DNA of 28,740 nucleotides from a virus (lineage: Duplodnaviria > Caudoviricetes), in the IMG/VR virus record IMGVR_UViG_3300025168_000467, positions 1 through 28,740 of that record; one strand, 5' to 3'. The notes below the pieces were generated by a model that was given only the letters and a program-made list of their open reading frames with translations, ran no database searches and was not told where the DNA came from. Within the stretch, counting starts at the first letter, position 1; each line of letters begins with the position of its first letter. A program made the position numbers and the translations under genes. Below, one piece after another: positions 14,632 through 24,271 of the stretch.

Positions 14632-14818
14632 ATTGTGGACTGTAACAGAAGAGATTAGTAAAGCTATAAAGTTTGCAAAAGAAAATCCATTTCATAACGT
14701 AACAATAGAAGTACCTAATGCAAACACACAGATAGCCGCAGAGATAACATTAAACGAACTATCAATTATTGATGAAGCGGCTTCAAGAATTTTAGTATCA
14801 ATCGCAACGGTACATTAA
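14621..14818 (+). CDS. hypothetical protein (65 aa)
   Basis: AAGGAGG RBS, then ATG 14621. Confidence 0.75.
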   Translation: MSSKLWTVTEEISKAIKFAKENPFHNVTIEVPNANTQIAAEITLNELSIIDEAASRILVSIATVH

Positions 14819-14928
14819 TGGAGATTTGGGAAGCATGGTTAATTGTAATGGTAACAATAAACACAGTACAAAATGTAATAGTATTTTTTGTAGGAAGGAA
14901 ATTTAAGCGTGAAAAAAAGAAAAGTTAA
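14818..14928 (+). CDS. 36-aa membrane peptide with a basic tail
   Basis: TAATG coupling; MEIWEAWLIVMVTINTVQNVIVFFVGRKFKREKKKS. Confidence 0.6.
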   Translation: MEIWEAWLIVMVTINTVQNVIVFFVGRKFKREKKKS

Positions 14929-15202
14929 ACTACCTAGTATTCCATTTAACTATGGTTTCTATGTTGCTTATTGGAAAGACATTGAGTCAGACCCTTCATG
15001 GAAAGATATGTCAGATGTATTAAAATCAAAACCATGCGTATGTGTTAGCACAGGTTGGCTCATAAAAAAAGATGAAGACGTACACATATTAATGAGTGAT
15101 TTTAATTATAAAAAAGATGAGACGTTAGGTGACGCAGGTTCTTCTACTGTCATTCCGTCATGTAATATTATTAAACTAATAAAGGTGGATATAAATGTCT
15201 AG
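14909..15202 (+). CDS. hypothetical protein (97 aa)
   Basis: GTG start after AAGGA; overlaps the pol start. Confidence 0.75.
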   Translation: MKKRKVKLPSIPFNYGFYVAYWKDIESDPSWKDMSDVLKSKPCVCVSTGWLIKKDEDVHILMSDFNYKKDETLGDAGSSTVIPSCNIIKLIKVDINV

Positions 15203-16904
15203 TTATGTATTTGATATTGAAACTGATGGATTACTTGATGATGTCTCTAAGATACATTGTCTTGTTTTAAAGGATATAGATACTCAAGAGATAACTTCTT
15301 ATGAAAGAGAGGACTGGTACATTGGTACAAATAAATTAGAGAAAGCTGATTTAATTATTGGTCATAATATAATTAAGTATGACATTCCAGTATTAGAAAA
15401 ATTATTCCAGTTTAAAAATAAGGCAAAAATTTTTGACACTTTAGTAGCAACTCGTTTGTTATACCCTGACGTTAGAGACCAAGATTTTAGACGTAAAGAT
15501 TTTCCTACTAAAATGATAGGGCGTCACAGCCTTGCGGCATGGGGTCATAGAATAGGTGAGTACAAACAATCTATTGAAACAGACTGGTCAGAATATACTC
15601 AGGAAATGTTAGAGTATTGTATTCAAGATGTTGAGGTAACACATTCTTTATATAATTTAATTGAGAAAAAGGGTTACTCAAAAGATGCTATGCAACTAGA
15701 GCATGATGTTGTTTCTATTATTCATAGACAAGAACAGCATGGCTTTACATTTAATACTGAAGGTGCGGAGAAATTATATTCTAAATTAAATGCTAGACGC
15801 ATGGAATTAGAAGAGGAGTTTCAAAAATTATTCTTACCTATTACTACTAAAAGAATATCAGAAAAGACAGGTAAACAATTAAAAGATAAAGTAACTGTAT
15901 TCAATCCTTCTAGTAGATTACACATTGCTGATAGGTTAACAACTAAGTATGGTTGGACGCCTAAAGAATACACAGCAGATGGTAAACCTAAATTAGATGA
16001 TATAGTTTTAAGTCAGTTAAATTATCCTGAAGCAAAACTATTAGCTGAACATTTTTTATTAGATAAAAGAATAGCACAGATTGCAACTGGTACACAGGCA
16101 TGGTTAAAGACTGAGAAGCATAATAAAATACATGGGACTTGCAATACAAACTCAACTGTAACAGCAAGAGCTTCTCATTCGTTTCCAAATTTAGGGCAAG
16201 TGCCAAGTGTATCTGTACCTTATGGTAAAGATTGTAGAGCATTATTTACAGTACCATCATCAAGGAAGTTAGTAGGTATAGATATTTCAGGACTTGAGGT
16301 ACGCATGTTAGCTCACTTCATGTCTAAGTATGATGGCGGAGAATATTCTAAAGTAGTTTTAGAAGGTGACATACATACAGAGACACAGAAACTAGCAGGA
16401 CTAGAGTCAAGAAATATTGCTAAAGTTTTTTACTACGCATTTTTATATGGAAGTGGCGTGAAAAAAATAGCACAGATAACAGGTAAGAAAATAAAAGAAG
16501 CCTCAGCAATTCGTAAGAGGTTCTTAAATAATTTACCTGCATTAAATAAATTAATACAACAAGCACAGAAAGCGGCGGAGCGTGGGTATATAATAGGTCT
16601 TGATAAAAGACATGTTAAAGTTCGTAGTTCTCACGCCGCATTAAATACTCTTCTACAAAGTTCAGGAAGTTTAGTATCAAAGCAGTGGTTGATTGAGTTT
16701 AATAAAGTAACAAAAGATATTCCAAATTGTCAGCAGGTAGTTTGGGTACATGACGAAATACAAGTTGAGTGTGAAGAGAAAGATGCTGACTTGGTAGGAA
16801 GGTTAGCTGTCGAGTCTATTCAACGGTCAGGCGAACATTTCAATCTGCGTATTCCTCTTACTGGTGAATACAAAATAGGAAATAATTGGAGCGAGACACA
16901 TTAA
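15195..16904 (+). CDS. family A DNA polymerase (T7 gp5-like)
   Basis: Exonuclease motifs FDIETDGL, GHNIIKYD and YCIQD; motif A DISGLEVR; motif B RNIAKVFYYAFLYG; motif C VHDE. Confidence 0.97.
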   Translation: MSSYVFDIETDGLLDDVSKIHCLVLKDIDTQEITSYEREDWYIGTNKLEKADLIIGHNIIKYDIPVLEKLFQFKNKAKIFDTLVATRLLYPDVRDQDFRRKDFPTKMIGRHSLAAWGHRIGEYKQSIETDWSEYTQEMLEYCIQDVEVTHSLYNLIEKKGYSKDAMQLEHDVVSIIHRQEQHGFTFNTEGAEKLYSKLNARRMELEEEFQKLFLPITTKRISEKTGKQLKDKVTVFNPSSRLHIADRLTTKYGWTPKEYTADGKPKLDDIVLSQLNYPEAKLLAEHFLLDKRIAQIATGTQAWLKTEKHNKIHGTCNTNSTVTARASHSFPNLGQVPSVSVPYGKDCRALFTVPSSRKLVGIDISGLEVRMLAHFMSKYDGGEYSKVVLEGDIHTETQKLAGLESRNIAKVFYYAFLYGSGVKKIAQITGKKIKEASAIRKRFLNNLPALNKLIQQAQKAAERGYIIGLDKRHVKVRSSHAALNTLLQSSGSLVSKQWLIEFNKVTKDIPNCQQVVWVHDEIQVECEEKDADLVGRLAVESIQRSGEHFNLRIPLTGEYKIGNNWSETH

Positions 16905-16905
16905 T

Positions 16906-17304
16906 ATGACAGCAAATTTTAAACCTGACTTAGCCTTTGGTGAAAGTCACGAACAAAAAATATTTAAAATACTAAACATGGATAAGTCTACTGTAGAAGT
17001 TAAGACTGAAAAGTTTGAGTCTTGGACTCGTAATGGTAACATGTGTATTGAAGTAGAATGTTATGGTAAGCCTAGCGGTGTATATCACCCTGCACATAAA
17101 AAGAATAAAGTAAAATATTGGATACATAATTTATGTGCCAAAGGTAATGAAAATTATTTAGGCTCGTTACTATTACCATTAAAGAATGTAAAAAAACTAG
17201 CAAAGAAATATCAAAATAAATACGTCATGGGTGGAGACAATCGTGCAAGTAAATTAATTCTTGTACCTTTATCAGAAGTATTTTCAGAAAAAAATTTTAA
17301 CTAA
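16906..17304 (+). CDS. hypothetical protein, possible PD-(D/E)XK-like fold
   Basis: FKPDLAFGE..VEVKTE..GNMCIE pattern; the fold call is inference. Confidence 0.7.
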   Translation: MTANFKPDLAFGESHEQKIFKILNMDKSTVEVKTEKFESWTRNGNMCIEVECYGKPSGVYHPAHKKNKVKYWIHNLCAKGNENYLGSLLLPLKNVKKLAKKYQNKYVMGGDNRASKLILVPLSEVFSEKNFN

Positions 17305-17327
17305 TCTATGCAGGAAAGGATAGTATA

Positions 17328-18074
17328 ATGAAGAGACGATTATTAATAGACGGTGATATATTAATTTATAAAATTGCTACACAAAACGAAGTTGATACTC
17401 ATTGGGGTGACGGTATGTGGACTCTTCATTGTGATGAGAATATTTGTAAAGCTCATGTTGATAGTACCTTAGATGATTTAATGAGAGACTTAGATGCTAA
17501 CTCTTTTACAATAGCATTGACACATAAACATAATTTTAGAAAAGATGTACTACCATCTTATAAAGATAATCGTAAAGCTAAAAGAAAGCCAATGGTTCTT
17601 AATGCTTTAAGAGAGTATGTAATAGAAAAATATAATGCAGTTGTATTTAAAAACTTAGAAGCTGATGATGTCTTAGGTATTCTAGCTACAGAAGACCATA
17701 ATGAATACCGCATTATTGTCTCTATAGATAAAGACTTAAAACAAATACCTTCTGTAATTTCTAGTAATGGTTCGGATACTGAGAGTGTAACTCAAGGTCA
17801 AGCCGATTACTGGTTCATGTCACAAACATTAGCAGGTGACAAAGTTGACGGCTATGATGGGATAGCAGGGGTAGGAATTAAGACAGCCCAAAAGATATTA
17901 GGAGACGATACTAATGTTCCCCTCTTAGATTTATGGCAAAAAGTTGTGAGTGCATACACTTCAAAAGGTTACACAGAGAAGGAAGCATTACAACAAGCTA
18001 GAGTTGCAAGAATATTAACAGACAAAGAATACAATAGAGAGACAGGAGAAGTAACATTATGGCAAGTAAAGTAA
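17328..18074 (+). CDS. 5'-3' exonuclease (T7 gp6-like)
   Basis: IDGD, NFRK, YKDNR, LEADDVLG, SIDKDL, GDKVDGY. Confidence 0.95.
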   Translation: MKRRLLIDGDILIYKIATQNEVDTHWGDGMWTLHCDENICKAHVDSTLDDLMRDLDANSFTIALTHKHNFRKDVLPSYKDNRKAKRKPMVLNALREYVIEKYNAVVFKNLEADDVLGILATEDHNEYRIIVSIDKDLKQIPSVISSNGSDTESVTQGQADYWFMSQTLAGDKVDGYDGIAGVGIKTAQKILGDDTNVPLLDLWQKVVSAYTSKGYTEKEALQQARVARILTDKEYNRETGEVTLWQVK

Positions 18075-18340
18075 CAAGTGATTTATTAGTTGAGGCAAAT
18101 AAATTAGTGGGTGGAGATAGGCAAAAAGACTATGGTGATAAAGTAGATAACCATAGTAACATAGCTAAGTTATGGTCAGCCTATTTAGATATTCCTGTTA
18201 CTGCACATGATGTAGCTTTGATGATGGTTCTTTTAAAAATGGCTCGTACTAAACTGGGTGCAATAAGTAGAGATACTTATGTTGACATGGCGGCTTATGG
18301 TGCGATTGCAGGAGAGATAAAATTCAGGGAGGATAAATGA
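18059..18340 (+). CDS. DUF6378-like small helical phage protein
   Basis: GDRQKDYG, IAKLWSAYL, LLKMAR, DTYVDMAAYGA. Confidence 0.8.
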   Translation: MASKVTSDLLVEANKLVGGDRQKDYGDKVDNHSNIAKLWSAYLDIPVTAHDVALMMVLLKMARTKLGAISRDTYVDMAAYGAIAGEIKFREDK

Positions 18341-20094
18341 TAGATTATACAAGAGATGATTTATTAACTCACTTTGGTAAGACTACATTAAAAGATAGAT
18401 ACTTATTACCTGAAGAACAATCACCGCAAGACGCATTTATGAGAGCGGCTAAAGCCTTCTCAGATAATGATGAGATGGCTGAACGTATTTATAATTATTC
18501 TTCAAAGTTATGGTTCATGTTTTCTACTCCTATACTTACTAATGGTGGGACAAATAGAGGTCAGCCTATTTCTTGTTTCTTAAATTATGTTCCTGATAGT
18601 CGTGTAGGATTAACAGGACATTACACAGAGAACGCATGGTTAGCTTCTGTTGGTGGTGGCATTGGCGGTTACTGGGGAGACATAAGAAGTGATGGTACTG
18701 CTACGTCAGGCGGTAGTCAAAGCTCAGGGTCAATACCTTTTCTTCATGTAGTTGACTCAGAGATGTTAGCATTTTCTCAAGGCAAGACAAGAAGAGGAAG
18801 TTACGCCGCTTACATAAATATTACACACCCTGAAATTATAGAGTTCTTAGACATGCGTAAACCTAGTGGTGGAGATGTTCATAGAAAATGTTTAAACTTA
18901 CATCATGGTGTAAATATATCAAATGAGTTTATGCAGTTAATTGATAACTGTCTTAGTGAGCCTACTTATGATGACAGTTGGGATTTAATTGACCCTCATA
19001 CAAAGAAGGTAGTTAAGACTGTATCAGCTAGAGAGTTGTGGCAAAAGATTTTAGAAAATCGTGTAGCTACTGGTGAGCCTTACCTAAGTTTTATTGATAC
19101 TATTAATGAAGGACTACCTCAATCACAAAAAGATTTAGGATTAAAAGTACATCATTCAAATTTATGTAGTGAAATAACTTTACCAACTGATGAACACCGC
19201 ACTGCTGTGTGTTGTTTATCTAGTGTAAACTTAGAGAAGTATGATGAATGGAAAAATGACAGTATGTTTATTCCTGATTTAATTAGGTTCTTAGATAATG
19301 TCATTCAACACTTTATAGATAATGCTCCTGAAGAAGTATTCAGAGCTAAGTTTAGTGCAATGAGAGAAAGAAGTCTTGGCTTAGGTGCTATGGGTTTCCA
19401 TGCGTATTTACAATCTAAAGGTATTCCGTTTGAGTCAGCATTAGCTAAGAGTCAGAACCTACAGATATTTAAAAGTATAAAAGAACAAGCAGTTGAGGAG
19501 TCTAAACGTCTTGCAGTTAAACGAGGTGAAGCTCCTGACATGGAAGGGACAGGTATGCGTAACGCTCACTTGTTAGCGATAGCACCTAACGCTTCTAGTT
19601 CAATTATATGTGGTACAACATCACCATCAATAGAACCTTTTAGAGCTAATGCGTATGTTCAAAAAACTATGTCAGGTTCTTTTCTAGTTAAAAATAAATT
19701 CTTAGAAAAATTATTAGAAAAGAAAGAAATTAATAATGACAAAACTTGGCAAAAGATATTAGCTAACAGAGGTTCGGTATCTAATATAGATGAGTTAACA
19801 GAGTATGAAAAAGATACTTTTAAAACTGCTATAGAAATAGACCAACAATGGATAATAGAACACGCAACTGACAGGCAGAAATATATATGTCAAGCACAGT
19901 CAGTAAATGTTTTTGTCCCTGCTGATGTAGACATAAAAGATTTACATAACATGCACATGTTAGCGTGGAAAAAGAAATTAAAAACTCTTTACTATTGTAG
20001 GTCGGAAGCAATTAAACGAGCAGAGTTAGTCTCACAAAAAATAGAACGAACAGTAATACCAGAAGCAGATGAATGTCTAGCTTGTCAGGCGTAG
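18337..20094 (+). CDS. nrdA: ribonucleotide reductase class I alpha subunit
   Basis: PISCFL, SNLCSEI, LAIAPNASSS, KTLYY and C-terminal CLAC. Confidence 0.97.
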   Translation: MIDYTRDDLLTHFGKTTLKDRYLLPEEQSPQDAFMRAAKAFSDNDEMAERIYNYSSKLWFMFSTPILTNGGTNRGQPISCFLNYVPDSRVGLTGHYTENAWLASVGGGIGGYWGDIRSDGTATSGGSQSSGSIPFLHVVDSEMLAFSQGKTRRGSYAAYINITHPEIIEFLDMRKPSGGDVHRKCLNLHHGVNISNEFMQLIDNCLSEPTYDDSWDLIDPHTKKVVKTVSARELWQKILENRVATGEPYLSFIDTINEGLPQSQKDLGLKVHHSNLCSEITLPTDEHRTAVCCLSSVNLEKYDEWKNDSMFIPDLIRFLDNVIQHFIDNAPEEVFRAKFSAMRERSLGLGAMGFHAYLQSKGIPFESALAKSQNLQIFKSIKEQAVEESKRLAVKRGEAPDMEGTGMRNAHLLAIAPNASSSIICGTTSPSIEPFRANAYVQKTMSGSFLVKNKFLEKLLEKKEINNDKTWQKILANRGSVSNIDELTEYEKDTFKTAIEIDQQWIIEHATDRQKYICQAQSVNVFVPADVDIKDLHNMHMLAWKKKLKTLYYCRSEAIKRAELVSQKIERTVIPEADECLACQA

Positions 20095-20101
20095 GAGTAA
20101 A

Positions 20102-20242
20102 ATGAAAGAATATAAATCAATGGACGGTAATAAACAATCTGTCTTATGGACTGTTTATCACACAGTCTTGGCAGTTGAGTTAGCAATAATAATATTAATT
20201 GAAGCGTTAGAATTATTTGATTGGTGGGGGTGGTTAGTATGA
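20102..20242 (+). CDS. 46-aa membrane peptide between nrdA and nrdB
   Basis: AGGAG RBS; MKEYKSMDGNKQSVLWTVYHTVLAVELAIIILIEALELFDWWGWLV; ATGA overlap with nrdB. Confidence 0.7.
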   Translation: MKEYKSMDGNKQSVLWTVYHTVLAVELAIIILIEALELFDWWGWLV

Positions 20243-21189
20243 GTTTATTTAAAGAGAGAGTACACTATAAACCTTTTGATTATGAGTGGGCGTTTGAAGC
20301 CTATGACTTACAACAAAAAATGCACTGGCTTCCTAGTGAAGTACCATTGCATGAAGATGTAAGGGATTGGAATGAGCGATTAACTCCTGAAGAAAAAAAT
20401 TTAATTAATCAAATATTAAAATTCTTTACGCAAGGAGATGTTGACATAGCTCAGGCTTATAATGACAAATACATTCCTAAGTTTAAACCTCCTGAAATTA
20501 GAATGATGTTATCAGCTATTGCAACAAGTGAATGTAATCACGCACATTCTTATTCATTACTTAATGATACTATTGGTTTACCTGATAGTGAGTATAAAGC
20601 ATTTCAAGAATATAAAGAAATGTCTGATAAACATAATTATCTTTTTGAAGATAAAGGTGAAGGCGTATCAGGACTAGCTAGAGAGATGGCTTGTTTCTCT
20701 GCGTTTGGTGAAGGCTTACAGTTGTTTGCTTCCTTTGTTATGCTCCTTAACTTTAGTCGTTATGGTCGTATGAAAGGTATGTCTCAAATAGTTACATGGT
20801 CTATTAGAGATGAGACACATCATGTTGAGTCTATGATAAAACTTTTTAAAGAGCTTATCAAAGAACACCCTGAGATATGGACTGAGGAATTTAAAGCGTC
20901 TATCTATCAAACATGCAGAGACATGGTTGACTTAGAAGATAGATTTATTGACCTTGCATTTCAAATGGGTGGGATACGAGGATTAAAAGCTGAAGAAGTT
21001 AAGCAGTACATAAGGTACATTGCTGATAGAAGACTGTTACAATTATCATTAAAACCTAACTATGGCGTTAAAGATAATCCTTTAGGTTGGTTAGACTGGG
21101 TTCTTAACGGCGTAGAACATGCAAACTTCTTTGAAAACAGAGCAACTGAGTACAATAAAGGTACAGTATCAGGCTCATTATGGGGATAA
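20239..21189 (+). CDS. nrdB: ribonucleotide reductase class I beta subunit
   Basis: FFTQGD, ECNHAHSY (radical Tyr), EGLQLF, RDETHH, NFFE. Confidence 0.97.
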   Translation: MSLFKERVHYKPFDYEWAFEAYDLQQKMHWLPSEVPLHEDVRDWNERLTPEEKNLINQILKFFTQGDVDIAQAYNDKYIPKFKPPEIRMMLSAIATSECNHAHSYSLLNDTIGLPDSEYKAFQEYKEMSDKHNYLFEDKGEGVSGLAREMACFSAFGEGLQLFASFVMLLNFSRYGRMKGMSQIVTWSIRDETHHVESMIKLFKELIKEHPEIWTEEFKASIYQTCRDMVDLEDRFIDLAFQMGGIRGLKAEEVKQYIRYIADRRLLQLSLKPNYGVKDNPLGWLDWVLNGVEHANFFENRATEYNKGTVSGSLWG

Positions 21190-21204
21190 AGTTCCCTTTT
21201 TAGA
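21187..21204 (+). promoter_or_regulatory. putative late phage RNAP promoter
   Basis: TAAAGTTCCC-tttt-TAGA at the start of the structural module, where T7 has phi6.5. Confidence 0.6.
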
Positions 21205-21212
21205 GGATATAC

Positions 21213-21395
21213 ATGAATACATTAAATGATTTAGCTCTTCCTAAGACAGTTGATGACTTACTAGAGCTATTAAATAAGACATATCCTGAACAATCTGCGT
21301 CTATTGAAGACAATGCTAAAGAAATTTATTTCAAAGCAGGTCAACGAGACGTAGTGCGTTTTGTTAATGTTTTAAAAAAGAGGAGTGAGGACTGA
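21213..21395 (+). CDS. hypothetical protein (T7 gp6.5 position)
   Basis: GAGG RBS; LNKTYP..AGQRDVV. Confidence 0.8.
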   Translation: MNTLNDLALPKTVDDLLELLNKTYPEQSASIEDNAKEIYFKAGQRDVVRFVNVLKKRSED

Positions 21396-21592
21396 TGTGC
21401 ATGAGTAATAGAACGCCAAGTTACGCTAGACCTGACCCTTATATTAAATACAATAACGGTAATGTATTTGACCCTAAAATTCCTGAAGAAGAAACTACTA
21501 CTGCTACTACTGATTTAGCTAAAAAAGTTGTTACAGACAATTATGGTCAAGGTGGTGTTGAAGGTTCTAACTCAGGATTAAATATAAATTAA
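21395..21592 (+). CDS. small putative virion protein (gp6.7-like position)
   Basis: Begins MCM, ends SNSGLNIN; TGATG coupling. Confidence 0.75.
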   Translation: MCMSNRTPSYARPDPYIKYNNGNVFDPKIPEEETTTATTDLAKKVVTDNYGQGGVEGSNSGLNIN

Positions 21593-21619
21593 AGGAAAAT
21601 ATAAAATGAGGAAACTATA

Positions 21620-21844
21620 ATGTGTATGGGTGGCGGCGGCGGTAATCGTCCTGAACCTGCTCCAAATCCAGTAGTAAACGCTTCACCAATAGGTGATGAC
21701 TTAGCTCCTGAATTGGTAACAGCAGATGAATTAGATGAAGATGTGAAGAAAAAGAAAAAGAAAAAAGATGGTACTTCAATGTTACAAACTTCTGGTACTA
21801 ACACTGCTACAGCTTCGTCAAATTCTGGTCTTAATATTCAATAA
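21620..21844 (+). CDS. small putative virion protein
   Basis: Begins MCMGGGG, has a Lys run, ends SNSGLNIQ; directly precedes the portal. Confidence 0.8.
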   Translation: MCMGGGGGNRPEPAPNPVVNASPIGDDLAPELVTADELDEDVKKKKKKKDGTSMLQTSGTNTATASSNSGLNIQ

Positions 21845-21847
21845 TAA

Positions 21848-23401
21848 ATGGAAAATATAAAGATAGATACAGCAAAAGAACGCTACGAAAAATTAAAACA
21901 CGATAGACAACATTACTTAGATAGAGCAAGAGAATGTTCTGAAATAACTATACCTGCTCTCATTCCTGATGATACATTTAAAACTTCGTCAGATTTATAT
22001 ACTCCCTTTCAATCAATAGGAGCAAGAGGTGTTAATAACCTTGCTTCCAAACTCCTCCTTTTACTACTTCCTCCCAACTCTCCCTTCTTTAGATTATCCG
22101 TAAGTGGAAAAACTAAAGAAGAATTGGAGAGTCAAAAAGAATTAAAATCTGAAATTGAAAAATCTCTTGCTAGTATTGAAAGAGAAGTGTCAAGTAAGAT
22201 TGAGCAACTTGCAATTAGAACAAGTGTATTTGAAGCATTAAAACATCTTATTGTAAGTGGTAATGTTCTAACATATTTACCTAAGAATGGAACAATGCGT
22301 GTGTATCCTTTATCTCAATATGTATGTAGAAGAGATAATTCAGGAACACTTTTAGAAATTATAATTAAAGAAAGTATTACACCTTTAAGTTTAGATGAAG
22401 CTGTGCGTGAAGAAATTGCAAAAGACTCTGATTATAAAGAAGATGAAGAGTGTGATTTATATACTCATATTTATAAATTAGATGATAAGAAATTTTATAT
22501 TTGTCAGGAAGTTAAAGGAATAAAAATACCTGACTCAATAGGGACTATTGTTTCTGATAACATGGCGTATCAAGCACTACGAATGGTTAGAGTAGACAGC
22601 GAAGATTATGGTAGAGGATATGTTGAAGAATTTTTAGGAGATTTAAAATCACTTGAAGGTTTATCACAAGCTCTTGTAGAGTCTGCGGCGGCTAGTTCAA
22701 AAGTTGTATTTATGGTTAGACCTAATGCAGTAACTCGTAAAAGAGATTTAGCTATGACTAGAAATGGTGACATTATAACTGGTGCTAAAGATGATGTCTC
22801 AGTATTACAAACTGATAAACAATATGACTTACAAGTAGTACAGCAATCCATACAAAAAATAGAAGAACGTATGTCTTATGCTTTCTTATTACACACATCA
22901 ATACAAAGAGATGCAGAGCGTGTAACAGCACAAGAAATTAGATACATGGCGGAGCAACTTGAAACAAGTATGGGTGGTATATATTCTTTATTATCTCAAG
23001 AGTTTCAACTTCCATTAGTTTCTGTACTAATGAAACGTATGCAACAAAACAAAGAGATACCTGCATTACCTAAAAATAGTGTTAAGCCTACAATTATAAC
23101 AGGCATAGAAGCACTGGGACGAGGGAATGATTTACAAAAATTAAGAGAATTTGTAGCTGAGATTGCAAACTTAGCTCAAATAAATCCACAAGTAGTAAGT
23201 GCCTTAAATCCTAATGATTTAATTAAACGTATCGCTACTGGTCTAGGCATAGATACAGAAGGTTTAATGAAAACAGAAGAGGAAATAGCGGCAGAGCAAC
23301 AAGCTCAACAAGAACAAATGCAACAACAACAAATGATGGGCATGGCTGAGAAAGCTGTTGCACCAGTTGCAAATAACTTATCGAAACAGGATACTCAATA
23401 A
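21848..23401 (+). CDS. portal / head-to-tail connector (T7 gp8-like)
   Basis: QSIGARGVNNLASKL, YGRGYVEE, ERVTAQEIR, TGIEALGRG. Confidence 0.97.
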   Translation: MENIKIDTAKERYEKLKHDRQHYLDRARECSEITIPALIPDDTFKTSSDLYTPFQSIGARGVNNLASKLLLLLLPPNSPFFRLSVSGKTKEELESQKELKSEIEKSLASIEREVSSKIEQLAIRTSVFEALKHLIVSGNVLTYLPKNGTMRVYPLSQYVCRRDNSGTLLEIIIKESITPLSLDEAVREEIAKDSDYKEDEECDLYTHIYKLDDKKFYICQEVKGIKIPDSIGTIVSDNMAYQALRMVRVDSEDYGRGYVEEFLGDLKSLEGLSQALVESAAASSKVVFMVRPNAVTRKRDLAMTRNGDIITGAKDDVSVLQTDKQYDLQVVQQSIQKIEERMSYAFLLHTSIQRDAERVTAQEIRYMAEQLETSMGGIYSLLSQEFQLPLVSVLMKRMQQNKEIPALPKNSVKPTIITGIEALGRGNDLQKLREFVAEIANLAQINPQVVSALNPNDLIKRIATGLGIDTEGLMKTEEEIAAEQQAQQEQMQQQQMMGMAEKAVAPVANNLSKQDTQ

Positions 23402-24135
23402 TGGTAGAACAAGTAGAAATAAAACAAGAAGAAACTACGGCTGAAAAACCAGTCGAAGAAACAACAGGTAGACCTGAATGGTTACCTGAAAAATTTAATT
23501 CACCTGAAGATATGGCTAAAGCCTATGGTGAATTGGAAACAAAATTAGGACAGCCAAAAGAAGAAGCTCCTAAAGAAGAAACTAAGCAAGAAGAAACTAA
23601 ATCTGAAGAGTCATTAGAGATAGCTGAAAAGGCTGTTGAGAACGCAGGTTTAGATATGAGTAATTTACAAACACAATATAATGAAAATGGTAAACTAGAT
23701 GATAGCTCTTATGAGTCATTAGAAAAAGCAGGAATACCAAAAGATTATGTTGACGCTTTTATACAAGGGCAACAAGCTCTTGCAACACAACAACAAAGCG
23801 AAGTTAAAAGTATTGTAGGTGGAGATGAAGCCTATAAGAACATGTCTGAATGGGCGGCAGGTAATATGTCTGAAGGCGAAAAGAAAGCATATAACACAGC
23901 CGTTAATAGCAGAGACATGGATACTGTTAAGTTAGCAGTAGAAGGACTTAAAGCAAAATATGAACAAGTTAATGGTACTGAACCTAGTCTCGTACAAGGT
24001 AAGGCGTCACCAACTGGTGAACAAGGTTATCGTTCATGGGCTGAAGTTACAACTGCAATGAATGACGCTAGATATTCTAGTGACCCTGCTTATCAAGCAG
24101 ATGTAAAAGCAAAACTAGCGAACAGTAAAATATAG
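23401..24135 (+). CDS. capsid assembly scaffolding protein (T7 gp9-like)
   Basis: Acidic; LPEKF, VGGDEAY..M.EWA, AMNDARY..DPAY; between portal and capsid. Confidence 0.93.
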   Translation: MVEQVEIKQEETTAEKPVEETTGRPEWLPEKFNSPEDMAKAYGELETKLGQPKEEAPKEETKQEETKSEESLEIAEKAVENAGLDMSNLQTQYNENGKLDDSSYESLEKAGIPKDYVDAFIQGQQALATQQQSEVKSIVGGDEAYKNMSEWAAGNMSEGEKKAYNTAVNSRDMDTVKLAVEGLKAKYEQVNGTEPSLVQGKASPTGEQGYRSWAEVTTAMNDARYSSDPAYQADVKAKLANSKI

Positions 24136-24271
24136 TTGTGCGACATGGTATATGTGGCAACTGCCAAACATAATTAAGTTAAGTAACTTTACCCTTTGCG
24201 GAGGACAATTCTGATTATGAAACTGAACAATGTAAGGCTTTCTTAAATAACCTTAACTAAAGGAGACTAAA

